Assembly (NCBI GenBank): GCA_019894975.1 | Contig: JAGXNO010000004.1 | Location: 61,721 to 125,720 of the forward strand | DNA length: 64,000 bases | Source: Promethearchaeota archaeon | GTDB taxonomy: Archaea; Asgardarchaeota; Lokiarchaeia; Sigyniarchaeales; SOKP01 | Direction: 5' to 3' | Shown: in pieces, positions 1 through 9,320 of the stretch | How positions within the stretch are numbered: the stretch's first letter is position 1 | Layout of the letters: every line of letters begins with the position of its first letter | The notes under the pieces: generated by a model | Told to the model about the DNA's origin: nothing | Database searches by the model: none | What the model saw: the letters and a program-made list of their open reading frames with translations, nothing else | Translations under genes and position numbers: made by a program

Positions 1-116
1 AGAAAAAGGTTGTAAGTAAGATTTTTTTTGATCCCTTTTTTATAATTTATAAAATATAATATTTAAAGGAATTTTGATATTTTTTACTTTAAAGAAAATT
101 GAATGAGTGCTAGATT

Positions 117-1115
117 ATGAAATACTACTCAAATATTTTAAAGTTAATCGGTAGAACTCCTTTAGTCAGAATTGACAAAAGTAATCCAAATCCTAATGTG
201 CTTTTGTTAGCTAAATTGGAAAAATATAATCCTGCTGGTTCTGTTAAAGATAGAATAGCAATTTCCATGATTGAAGAAGCTGAGAAAGAGGGGATCTTAA
301 CCCCAGATAAAATAGTTATCGAACCAAGTAGTGGTAATACTGGTATAGGATTATCACTAGTATGTGCTGTAAAAGGATATAAATTAGAAATTGTTATGCC
401 TGAGACAATGTCAGTTGAACGTCGGAAAATTATGACTGCCTATGGTGCAAAAATAACATTAACTCCTGGGGATGATGGAATGAACGGAGCGCAAGATTAT
501 GTTAAAACCAGAGTTAAAGAAAATCCCGAAAAATACTTTTTTCCAAACCAATTTGCGAATGAAAATAATCCTATGGCACATTATAGATATACTGCTGAGG
601 AAATAATAGAAGATACTGATGGTAAAATTGATGTATTTGTCGCGGGACTTGGTACTACTGGTACTTTGATGGGAGTATCAAAAAGGTTGAAGGAACACAA
701 CCCCAATATTAGAATCATTGCCGTAGAACCTGAATCTGGAGCACCTGTTCAAGGATTAAAAAACCTTGAAACCTCATATGTACCAGATATTTATGATGAA
801 TCTCAAATTGATGAAAAGGTTTATATAAACATGGAACATGCGGAACATGCGTCAAGAATGCTTTCTCTGCAAGAAGGGATTTTTACAGGGATAAGTTCGG
901 GTGCCGCCATGTATGTAGCAATAGAAACTGCGAGAAAAATGAAATCTGGGACTATTGTTGTTCTATTACCAGATGGGGGTGAAAAATATATTAGTCACCC
1001 GATTTTCTCCCCGGAAAAATGCCTAGAATGCACTAAAAAGTGCAAGATTATGACGTTGTGGGATGATGAATATATCGCCTCAATAGCCGAGTGGTGGGAA
1101 AATAAACCTGAATAA
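117..1115 (+). CDS. cysK: Cysteine synthase (O-acetylserine sulfhydrylase, CysK/CysM family) with Cys-rich C-terminal extension
   Basis: PLP-lysine motif NPAGSVKDR, SSGNTG, GLGTTGT and GISSGA motifs. Confidence 0.9.
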   Translation: MKYYSNILKLIGRTPLVRIDKSNPNPNVLLLAKLEKYNPAGSVKDRIAISMIEEAEKEGILTPDKIVIEPSSGNTGIGLSLVCAVKGYKLEIVMPETMSVERRKIMTAYGAKITLTPGDDGMNGAQDYVKTRVKENPEKYFFPNQFANENNPMAHYRYTAEEIIEDTDGKIDVFVAGLGTTGTLMGVSKRLKEHNPNIRIIAVEPESGAPVQGLKNLETSYVPDIYDESQIDEKVYINMEHAEHASRMLSLQEGIFTGISSGAAMYVAIETARKMKSGTIVVLLPDGGEKYISHPIFSPEKCLECTKKCKIMTLWDDEYIASIAEWWENKPE

Positions 1116-1124
1116 ACTCTTTAA

Positions 1125-2408
1125 CTAAGGGCTGACATCCTTATTATTTTCAGATTTCAACCAGATTTCTAATAAAACGAAAATTATCAATCCAATTATG
1201 CACAGTAAGGCACCAATAAGGAATGCGCATTGATAAGCAAAAACTTCACTCTTACCTTCATTTATAAGAATGTTAATTAGGGGACCGCTGATTAATGTAC
1301 TAGCTAATCCCCATGAAAGAAAAAACGTTGTGTTGTATACTGCAAAAAGCTTACCTCTCATTTTAGCCGGAATTAGAATTGAGGCAATCGCATATGATGA
1401 AGCATATATAATAACTTCTGCGGCTCCCATTAAAAATCCACCTATGAAAATAAACTGTAGACTATTAGTAAGAGCGGTAATTAGTAGTGCAACTATCCCT
1501 ATCGATGTACCAAGAATCAACGCTCGAGAATGACCAAATTTCTTACTTAAATACCCTGCAGTAAATCCAATAATCATGGCTGCAACTGAACGCATGTTCG
1601 CGATAAAACTTAGCATAATACTATTTACATTAAATCCTGAATCCAAAGAGAGATATTGAGAATAAGGAACAGCTATAGAGTTTCTGCCGAAATTTATGAA
1701 AATCAAAGCTACTATAAACATGACGAAAATAAATAAATAGTTTTGATTATCTTGATCATTTATTGAATTCTCTTTCTCAATTACTTCTGTATCAACACCA
1801 CCTTCAGGGGCTAATAACATTGGTATTGATGAGACAAACATTACTGCTGATGCTACAAAAAATAGAGGTCCGTTTCTAAACCCAAAACCAGAATCATAAA
1901 GTGCACCTCCGATGAATATACCCATTATCCTTCCTAATCCACCTAAACTGGTCAATTGCCCCATTATCCTGCTTCTTTTTTCAGAAGGGTATAGATCGCT
2001 TATTAATGCACTCCACCCGATATTGGACATAGACCAAAACATTTCAACAAAACTAAGTCCAATTATGATTATATAACCTGCTATATACAAATTATAGAAT
2101 GCGAAATGTACAGCCCAAATTGTTAGAGTCCCTGTCCCAGCTAATATTTCTCCGCAAATTATGAATGTTCGACGACGTTGAATTTTATCAGTAATAGGAC
2201 CCCATAGAAAATTCTGGAATATAACACTCATTATCATAGGTAAAGTTGCGTACAGAGTTGTCTCCCAAACTGACAGACTCAAAAACTCCTTTAAATATAT
2301 TGATAGAAAGGTATAGAACAATCCCCTTCTAAACATTGCAAGCATTTGAAAAGAGGATAGACCAAAAAAAATTTGAGTTGTTGATTTTCTGCTATGCAAA
2401 ATTTCCAA
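1125..2408 (-). CDS. MFS transporter
   Basis: About 12 hydrophobic segments; motif-A-like GPITDKIQRRR and GYLSKKFGHSR; TTG start. Confidence 0.85.
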   Translation of the reverse strand: MEILHSRKSTTQIFFGLSSFQMLAMFRRGLFYTFLSIYLKEFLSLSVWETTLYATLPMIMSVIFQNFLWGPITDKIQRRRTFIICGEILAGTGTLTIWAVHFAFYNLYIAGYIIIIGLSFVEMFWSMSNIGWSALISDLYPSEKRSRIMGQLTSLGGLGRIMGIFIGGALYDSGFGFRNGPLFFVASAVMFVSSIPMLLAPEGGVDTEVIEKENSINDQDNQNYLFIFVMFIVALIFINFGRNSIAVPYSQYLSLDSGFNVNSIMLSFIANMRSVAAMIIGFTAGYLSKKFGHSRALILGTSIGIVALLITALTNSLQFIFIGGFLMGAAEVIIYASSYAIASILIPAKMRGKLFAVYNTTFFLSWGLASTLISGPLINILINEGKSEVFAYQCAFLIGALLCIIGLIIFVLLEIWLKSENNKDVSP

Positions 2409-2539
2409 TTAAAGAATGGTAACTGTTATTAAATAGTTAAAAGAAAGATTTTTTCTAATTATTTGCATACCTAAAATCCATTTTTAAAAGGATAAGATAA
2501 TATTAATCCTAAATTAGATGAGATTAAACAAATCCCAAT

Positions 2540-4963
2540 TTATTCAACCAAGGTTTGTTTCTTTTCAAAATCCTTGATGATTTCATTTAATAGGTTAAGA
2601 ACTTTAGGGGTATCTGGAATTTTTTCCATTTGTTCATAATATAAGGGATAGTATTGATGCAATTTATCTAGTAATTCAATCCAAGTTTTCTGAGATTCAG
2701 TTTCGGCTGGAATTTGTTTCTTTATTTGGAATAGAACCTTTTTTTCTTTCTTAGCTTTTAAATTTTTGAGAAAAGATTTAGTTACGATAATTCTGAAGTC
2801 AGAATATTCATCAGGTCTAAAGTTTGCTAAGGCATAATTCATATTATCATCGGCAAAAGGTAAAATCCTTATTTTCTTATCCTCGGGTTCATCTGGGTTT
2901 TTCACTAGAGTAATTTCGATATCATTTTTATTTAAATCCTCTAAAATAGGATACAATTCTCCGGGATTTATTTTCGTAGCTAATTCAATTTCGTTGGAAA
3001 TTTCAGATATAGGTATATAGAAATCAGGAGTTATTTCTGGGTTTTCCATCCTATAAATATATTCTTTTTTTATTATTTCAATAATTTGATGTTTAAAATT
3101 TTCGGTAAGATGCTCAGAACTAAATGAAAATTCTGCTTTTTTCAATTTTTCTTTCTGAATATCTGCATCCTTTTGTTTCTTACCATAATCAGTCGATAAT
3201 GAGGAAATAAAACTGTTTGTTACCTCACCCTTTTCTAAGTTACTTGTTAGTCTACTAGTTTTTCTATCTTTTTCTAGGGCAGTTTCTAAAAGTCTTTCAC
3301 TCAAATATCTTCTCGCTTTTTGCCTAGCGACTCCTTTTTTCTCAAAACGCTCAGTTACAGAAACAAAGTTAATCATCTTGATTGGTTTACCTAAATCTTG
3401 CTTTTCTTCAGAAATTACTATATCCATGTCCTTACTTGCTAATTGCTCAAGAAGTGCATAGACATTTCCTTTTGAGAGTTGAGTAGCTTTAATTAATTCT
3501 CTCTCAATTATTTCAACGGGGTAAGCTTCACCCCTCCTAATATATTCACTTTTCACTATTTTATAAACTCTTTCCATACTTTTCTCTTCTTCACTAACTG
3601 TCTCTTTTTGTAATCTCATAAACATGGATGTTTCATGAGGTTTTAAGTAATAAACTAATACTGTGCTACCTAAGAAAAATATCATTAAAACTGAAATAAT
3701 ATATTTATCCGCCATTAGTACTACACCAACATCACTTATTACTTGATTTTGTACCTGAGACGCTAATGCATAACGAGATAAAGTTTGAGCAAGCACACAA
3801 GCTAAACATAATAAAATTAAACCGTCTTTTTTAAATATAAGAATACGCCACCCTAAGGTTCTCCCCGTTTTTTTGACAATTCTATATAGAAAATACATTG
3901 ATATTATAAATTCAAATATAAAAATATATGATGATACGGAACCTGTTGCCCCAATACTGGCCTTTAAAGCAACAACAGTATCTTCCTGGAGGAGCATAAA
4001 CACGCTAATTTGAAAAATTTGAAAGAAAAAGATGAATAATACAATTAATGAAAAGGTAAAATTATCAAAAGTTCCCGCTCTTTTGGTTTCTGCTCGTCTC
4101 CGAGTTAACACAAATTCGAAGATAATAAAGACGAGTGTCATAACTAAACTGAAATAAATTAATGGCATTATTACACGCATTTCTAGATTATATACTTTAA
4201 CTGCGCTCGTTGGATCAGCGTTTCCAAAGAATTCTAAGGATAACCATACTAAAAAAAACCTATAAAACAATGAAATTACAACTAGCACTCCCAAGATAAA
4301 AAATGGAATAATTATAGCAACAAAATATCTTGGGATCGAATATTTTTTAATAAACCTTGCCTCTATTTTGGTTGAAAATTTTCTTGAATAGATATAGAAC
4401 CGACTGCTCAATAGCAGTAACCAAATCATTGCTAAGGTCAATAAATAAGTCATAATATTGAGATTTGTAACGGAAGATAAATATAAAAAGAGCAGATAAA
4501 ATACCGTTAATAAGCCAAAATATAATATTATTTGCTTGATAATTGTTTTTTCTTCAAAAATAAAGATTCGTACTTTATCGATACTCAATAGAATAGAAAG
4601 TGACAGAAAAAATGCGACAATAGCGTTTGAAAAAGCAAAAGGATTACCAAGCATTAATATATTAATCCAAGTGCTATTCGGGAAATTAATTGCACTAATT
4701 AATAGAAGAGAATACAGTATAAATATTCCATATAATCCCCAAAATTTTCTATGGAACGAATAAGATTTTGGTTCTTTTCCATCTACATAGACTTCTTGGT
4801 GAATAATTTTATCAGAATAAAAGACAGATAACTGGTTTTTTGCCTTTGATGATATATCTGTTAATTGGACTCTCTTTTTTGAAGAAAAGTCTTTAACTTT
4901 TTGTTTAATCCCAGTTTTATTTGTTGTTGACTTTTTTGAAGAATCAGATTGCTCATCAGACAT
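2540..4963 (-). CDS. Polytopic membrane protein with cytoplasmic C-terminal region carrying two winged-helix-like repeats
   Basis: About 11 TM segments in aa 75-440; internal repeat KSEYIRR...NVYALLEQL / KKEYIYR...ELYPILEDL. Confidence 0.7.
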   Translation of the reverse strand: MSDEQSDSSKKSTTNKTGIKQKVKDFSSKKRVQLTDISSKAKNQLSVFYSDKIIHQEVYVDGKEPKSYSFHRKFWGLYGIFILYSLLLISAINFPNSTWINILMLGNPFAFSNAIVAFFLSLSILLSIDKVRIFIFEEKTIIKQIILYFGLLTVFYLLFLYLSSVTNLNIMTYLLTLAMIWLLLLSSRFYIYSRKFSTKIEARFIKKYSIPRYFVAIIIPFFILGVLVVISLFYRFFLVWLSLEFFGNADPTSAVKVYNLEMRVIMPLIYFSLVMTLVFIIFEFVLTRRRAETKRAGTFDNFTFSLIVLFIFFFQIFQISVFMLLQEDTVVALKASIGATGSVSSYIFIFEFIISMYFLYRIVKKTGRTLGWRILIFKKDGLILLCLACVLAQTLSRYALASQVQNQVISDVGVVLMADKYIISVLMIFFLGSTVLVYYLKPHETSMFMRLQKETVSEEEKSMERVYKIVKSEYIRRGEAYPVEIIERELIKATQLSKGNVYALLEQLASKDMDIVISEEKQDLGKPIKMINFVSVTERFEKKGVARQKARRYLSERLLETALEKDRKTSRLTSNLEKGEVTNSFISSLSTDYGKKQKDADIQKEKLKKAEFSFSSEHLTENFKHQIIEIIKKEYIYRMENPEITPDFYIPISEISNEIELATKINPGELYPILEDLNKNDIEITLVKNPDEPEDKKIRILPFADDNMNYALANFRPDEYSDFRIIVTKSFLKNLKAKKEKKVLFQIKKQIPAETESQKTWIELLDKLHQYYPLYYEQMEKIPDTPKVLNLLNEIIKDFEKKQTLVE

Positions 4964-5139
4964 TATATGTATAAATTCTTCTTTTCAATTTAAACCTAAT
5001 TATAATACAAAAATGGAAATAGCCATTATCAATAGAATAGAGTAATCATATCAAGACAATTGATAAATTTCATATGAAATCTTTAAAAATACTCAAATAT
5101 AACAATAAATATAGTATATACATTATTTTTTTTGATAGT

Positions 5140-5418
5140 ATGAAAAAGACTCAAGTTGAAAGTAAGGAGAACCTAATTAATCTAGTTAGAAAAGCGATTG
5201 AATTACTTTGTGAAAAAAATATTTCGAGTGTTGTAATCTTATCATCATACAAAATAAACTCAGTCCTCAAAGAATCATTTGGTATTAATATAAAAGTAGA
5301 TAGAATAGGTAGAATATTAAGCCAGATAGCCAAATTAAATCAATTAAAAAGACTTAGTACTAATATTCCAAAATATAAATTACAGATTTCAAAAGTTTCA
5401 AGTCTACAATTTTATTAA
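5140..5418 (+). CDS. Small basic winged-helix-like protein (start probably ATG 5140 rather than 5074)
   Basis: ORF track; the upstream 22 codons look like AT-rich promoter sequence; helical pattern with IGRILSQ followed by a beta-hairpin-like tail. Confidence 0.5.
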   Translation: MKKTQVESKENLINLVRKAIELLCEKNISSVVILSSYKINSVLKESFGINIKVDRIGRILSQIAKLNQLKRLSTNIPKYKLQISKVSSLQFY

Positions 5419-5424
5419 AAAAGA

Positions 5425-6780
5425 TTAAGTTAAATTACGAAATTCGGTAATTGTTTTTTGGAGTTTTTCAAGTAAAATTCTAATCTCTGAATAACTATCT
5501 TTTACTGGTTTTAATTCTGTATCTATTTCTTCAAATTTACCATCAATTTGTGTATTAAAGGGAATGGTAACTTTTTCTAGATTCTCAGAAATACTTTTCA
5601 TAAGGTTTTTTATCTCATCATCTTTATCTGAGGTTAAATTATTTAATTCCATTATTGATGTTGATATCTGAGAGTTTAAATTTGAAGTTGATTCTAAAGC
5701 ATCTAATACTTCTTGTACTTTTCCTTCAAATGGGGTGGTTTTACTGTTTATTTGATTATCAATTGTTATTTTTGATTCTTCTATTGCGGAGTTTAGAATT
5801 TGAGAAATCTCAGTTTTTAATTCCTTCTGACCTTCAACACGTTTATTGATATATTCAGTAATATTTTTCTTAAAAAGACTAGAAATTTCCTCAAATGTAC
5901 TATTAAAATATTTTTTAACATCTCTTAGGCCGTCAGAAAGAGTATTTTTCAATTGATTTATCGATCTACTAATATGTTTCATACCCTTTAGAGTTCCTTG
6001 AGTTACGTCACCAACCCATACATTAAATTGAGTCTCATACGTATCAGCAAGAGCTTCATTTAATTTTGTGAATCCATTATTAAATCCAGAAGTTATCTGA
6101 TTAACCTGTTCTGAATAATCCTTCACGGTTTCATCTATTAAATCTTCTGTTGATAAAGGGATATCTTGAAGTTCTCTTAAAGATTGTTCCTTAATCTCAT
6201 TAATCATAACTGGAGACAATCTTTGAGAATCTTCTGCAAACTTCTGAACCCACCTAAAGAAATTTAAATTAGACGGTATCTCGAGCTCATACGAGATTTC
6301 AAAATAATCATTTGATTTTTTATATTCTTTTAATGAATTAATTGCAAATCCAAATCCCCTTTCTTTGCCCATTAGTGTATGATCAAAGATAATTACGAAA
6401 CCATGAGGATTTTTGTCTGTTTGGATAAACTTATGATTTTGAATAGTTATTTCAGTAAAATCTAGGCCCCATCCAGGCCTTGAGAGATACCAACCTACTA
6501 TTTTCATGTCTTTTTCTTGATATTCCTTTTCTAATCCAGCAAATAATTCAATATCTTCTTTAGAGAACCCTGTTGATACGTGAATTCCATGTTGAATTGG
6601 AATAATGTTTAATAAATTGATGACTTTGCTAGTTTCATCAACATTTCCTATACAAATACCCATAACTTCTATGCTTTCATCCAGTGCTTCATTTCCGAAT
6701 CTTAATACATGAGTCATCATTCGAATAAAAGCATCTGCCTTGATTATGACTTTAAAATCACTAATTCCGTGTGGCGACAT
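5425..6780 (-). CDS. MPN-minus (catalytically degenerate JAB1/MPN) domain plus long coiled coil
   Basis: EVMGICIG and GWYLSRPGWG where the active motif is GWYHSHPG; heptad-rich C-terminus. Confidence 0.8.
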   Translation of the reverse strand: MSPHGISDFKVIIKADAFIRMMTHVLRFGNEALDESIEVMGICIGNVDETSKVINLLNIIPIQHGIHVSTGFSKEDIELFAGLEKEYQEKDMKIVGWYLSRPGWGLDFTEITIQNHKFIQTDKNPHGFVIIFDHTLMGKERGFGFAINSLKEYKKSNDYFEISYELEIPSNLNFFRWVQKFAEDSQRLSPVMINEIKEQSLRELQDIPLSTEDLIDETVKDYSEQVNQITSGFNNGFTKLNEALADTYETQFNVWVGDVTQGTLKGMKHISRSINQLKNTLSDGLRDVKKYFNSTFEEISSLFKKNITEYINKRVEGQKELKTEISQILNSAIEESKITIDNQINSKTTPFEGKVQEVLDALESTSNLNSQISTSIMELNNLTSDKDDEIKNLMKSISENLEKVTIPFNTQIDGKFEEIDTELKPVKDSYSEIRILLEKLQKTITEFRNLT

Positions 6781-6786
6781 TTTTTT

Positions 6787-8277
6787 CTAGTCTCCTCCCT
6801 TTTCAAACTTATTTATTTTATTTGATAATTCTTGATTCTCAGCTCTAAGATCCTTCACTGTCTTTTGTAATTCCTTATTTTCTGTTTGTAATGTACTCAA
6901 TTTATTCTTGATAGGATTCTTTGAGCTTTCTAATAATATAATCGCTGCTTTTAAATCAGATAAGTAGTTTTTTGTTTCTTTATATAGATTATTAAGATTT
7001 CCTTTAATTTTACTAACCTTTTTATTAAAACTTGTTAATAGATCTTCTTGTACGGTGTTTAAATCGCTTTGAATTAGATTATTTATCGACTTATATTTTT
7101 CTGTGTATTTTTTTAGGGCACTACTTCCCCCATTTAAACTTTTAATATTATTTGAGAAATTATTATTAAAATCTGATATATTATTTGAGATTTTTTCCAT
7201 CTTTTCTAAAAGTTGTGTAAATCCTTTATCTTCAAATGAGCTTCTAATTTGATTTATACACTCGTCTTTTGATTTCTTAACCAACTCTTCAATTTTCTCT
7301 TTTTCATTATCTAAATCTTCAAGTTTATCATCAACGTAGAAATCTAAATCTTTTATATCATTTTGTAAATTATAATTGAAGGATTGCTGTAATGTTATAA
7401 TCTCATTACTCAATTTATCCCTAATCTCTTTTAAATCATTACGTATTCCCGTATTATTAATAGAAATCTTACCTACTATATCCTGTCCCCACGTATTTAA
7501 GAAGTATACCATAGGTTTAATTGATGATTCTAGAAAATTATCCATTCCATTTTTTAAAGTGGTAATAATTTCATCAAATCGTACTTCAGGTAATTTTGAT
7601 TCTATTTGCTCATCTTCAGGGATAAAAACATCACTAAATAAATCAACAGTTTCATTTAACTCAAGAATTTGGGGAACTCCCGTATGAACTTTGTTAATTA
7701 AGTCCACGATTTTCAAATAAAATTCAAGATTATCAGGAAATATTACATTTGCGTTTACTTCATGGTAATCTGATTTTAAAGCTAAGGAAGGGTCATCTAG
7801 ATTCGTTTCACTTAGTCTAAATGCTCTAAATCCAAGTTCATTTGGTTTTTCAAGATATGTGTGATCAAACACTAAACCTATACCACTTGGATTTTTTTGC
7901 CAAAAAATTTGGTTATATTTGTCAGTTTCACTAAAGAATATACCCAATCCTGGATGTGAATGGTACCATCCAACAGAAAACCAACCAAGATCACCATATT
8001 GCTCCCATATTTTCGTATCTAATTCTCCAAACGCTCCCAATTGATCAACCGAGAATTTAACTTCTATTGTGCCTCCATGAGAAACGGGTACTACATCTTC
8101 AATAATTACATTTTTAATTTCACCTTCTCCTTCAAGACGGCCAATCAAAACACCCATAACTTCAGATAATTTTGCATGTTCAATATATTTTGAACCAAAA
8201 CGTAACACATGAAGTAACATCTTATAGTAAGCAAGGGGTTTAATTGTTACTACACTTTGATCATTAATATTCCCCAT
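6787..8277 (-). CDS. MPN+/JAMM metalloprotease (Rpn11/CSN5-like) plus long coiled coil
   Basis: EVMGVLIG ... GWYHSHPGLGIFFSETD, an intact E/HxH-x7-SxxD motif. Confidence 0.88.
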   Translation of the reverse strand: MGNINDQSVVTIKPLAYYKMLLHVLRFGSKYIEHAKLSEVMGVLIGRLEGEGEIKNVIIEDVVPVSHGGTIEVKFSVDQLGAFGELDTKIWEQYGDLGWFSVGWYHSHPGLGIFFSETDKYNQIFWQKNPSGIGLVFDHTYLEKPNELGFRAFRLSETNLDDPSLALKSDYHEVNANVIFPDNLEFYLKIVDLINKVHTGVPQILELNETVDLFSDVFIPEDEQIESKLPEVRFDEIITTLKNGMDNFLESSIKPMVYFLNTWGQDIVGKISINNTGIRNDLKEIRDKLSNEIITLQQSFNYNLQNDIKDLDFYVDDKLEDLDNEKEKIEELVKKSKDECINQIRSSFEDKGFTQLLEKMEKISNNISDFNNNFSNNIKSLNGGSSALKKYTEKYKSINNLIQSDLNTVQEDLLTSFNKKVSKIKGNLNNLYKETKNYLSDLKAAIILLESSKNPIKNKLSTLQTENKELQKTVKDLRAENQELSNKINKFEKGGD

Positions 8278-8419
8278 TATAGATTCACTAGTTTTTTCAA
8301 ATTTATGATATATATATGGTTTGTATGGTTTTAAATATTTGAATAAAAAGTATTTAATTTAAAAAGAACTATTTTTTAATTCTACCCTAAAAAATCCATA
8401 AGTAAATAATAGGATGGTT

Positions 8420-9064
8420 TTAGACGTGTGGTAATGGTTTACCACAATAGGGGCAAAATTTCCAATCTAAATCCTTCCCGCAATGTGGACAAAAACTCGA
8501 TGCTTTTGAGGGAGTTGGTGCTACATCTCCCATTCCTTGTTTTGGGATGGAAGGTAATTCCCTAGTTGTCTTCAATGTTGCAGTATGATCATCTTCTTTC
8601 CTAGCAGCAACAGTAGCTTTAAAAGCTTCCCTTCTCTCTTCTTCGAGTTCTTGTTGAGTTTTTTCTCCCTCAACTTTAACCCATCCTTGAACTTGAGGTC
8701 TTTTCAATTCACTTTCAGGTACTTTTTCCAATTCAACTGAATTTGTTTCTGATAATGGGGCTACTACCTTTCTTTCTTCTTTCTTTTGAATTGCTTGTTT
8801 AACTAAGGCTTGTGTAGTCTTCATAACCTGATGAGGATTAATATTAGGAATTGCTACTGTACGTAAAACCCAACCTACGATAAGATTTTGATTTGGGAAT
8901 CCACCCTGAACATCTTCATCCTTATAAACATAGGAATCAATTACATCTCTTCCTTTTAACAGACGCGAGGCCCATTTATCATTAATCAATCCCAATTGGA
9001 TTCGATAGCTGGTTCCTGCAATACCCAATTGGCTTGTTAGTGGTTCAAATCCTCTTTCGGTCAC
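8420..9064 (-). CDS. Hypothetical protein with C-terminal zinc ribbon (two CPxCG knuckles)
   Basis: CPHCGK...CPYCGK; GTG start. Confidence 0.7.
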   Translation of the reverse strand: MTERGFEPLTSQLGIAGTSYRIQLGLINDKWASRLLKGRDVIDSYVYKDEDVQGGFPNQNLIVGWVLRTVAIPNINPHQVMKTTQALVKQAIQKKEERKVVAPLSETNSVELEKVPESELKRPQVQGWVKVEGEKTQQELEEERREAFKATVAARKEDDHTATLKTTRELPSIPKQGMGDVAPTPSKASSFCPHCGKDLDWKFCPYCGKPLPHV

Positions 9065-9320
9065 ATTTAATCACATTTTATCTAATAATTATTTGAAATA
9101 AGTAATATTATAATGGTAAATTTTGAATTTAAATTCTTATTTATCTCATGCTAAAATTTATTTCTATTATTAAAAGTTTTTTGGAATGGAATAATCCAAT
9201 AATTCAAATTATCCCATTTTCCTTATGTAAAAAAAAGATATAAATACAAAAATTTGTATTAATTTGTAAAATAATTATTAAAAACAGTTTTACTAAAAAA
9301 TAGGAATACTGGTTGAAAAA

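Noticed and set aside
7795-7825. Short apparent insertion (SETNL) in the MPN+ gene as an intron
   Set aside because: No valid BHB pairing in the registers tested; more likely a loop variation.
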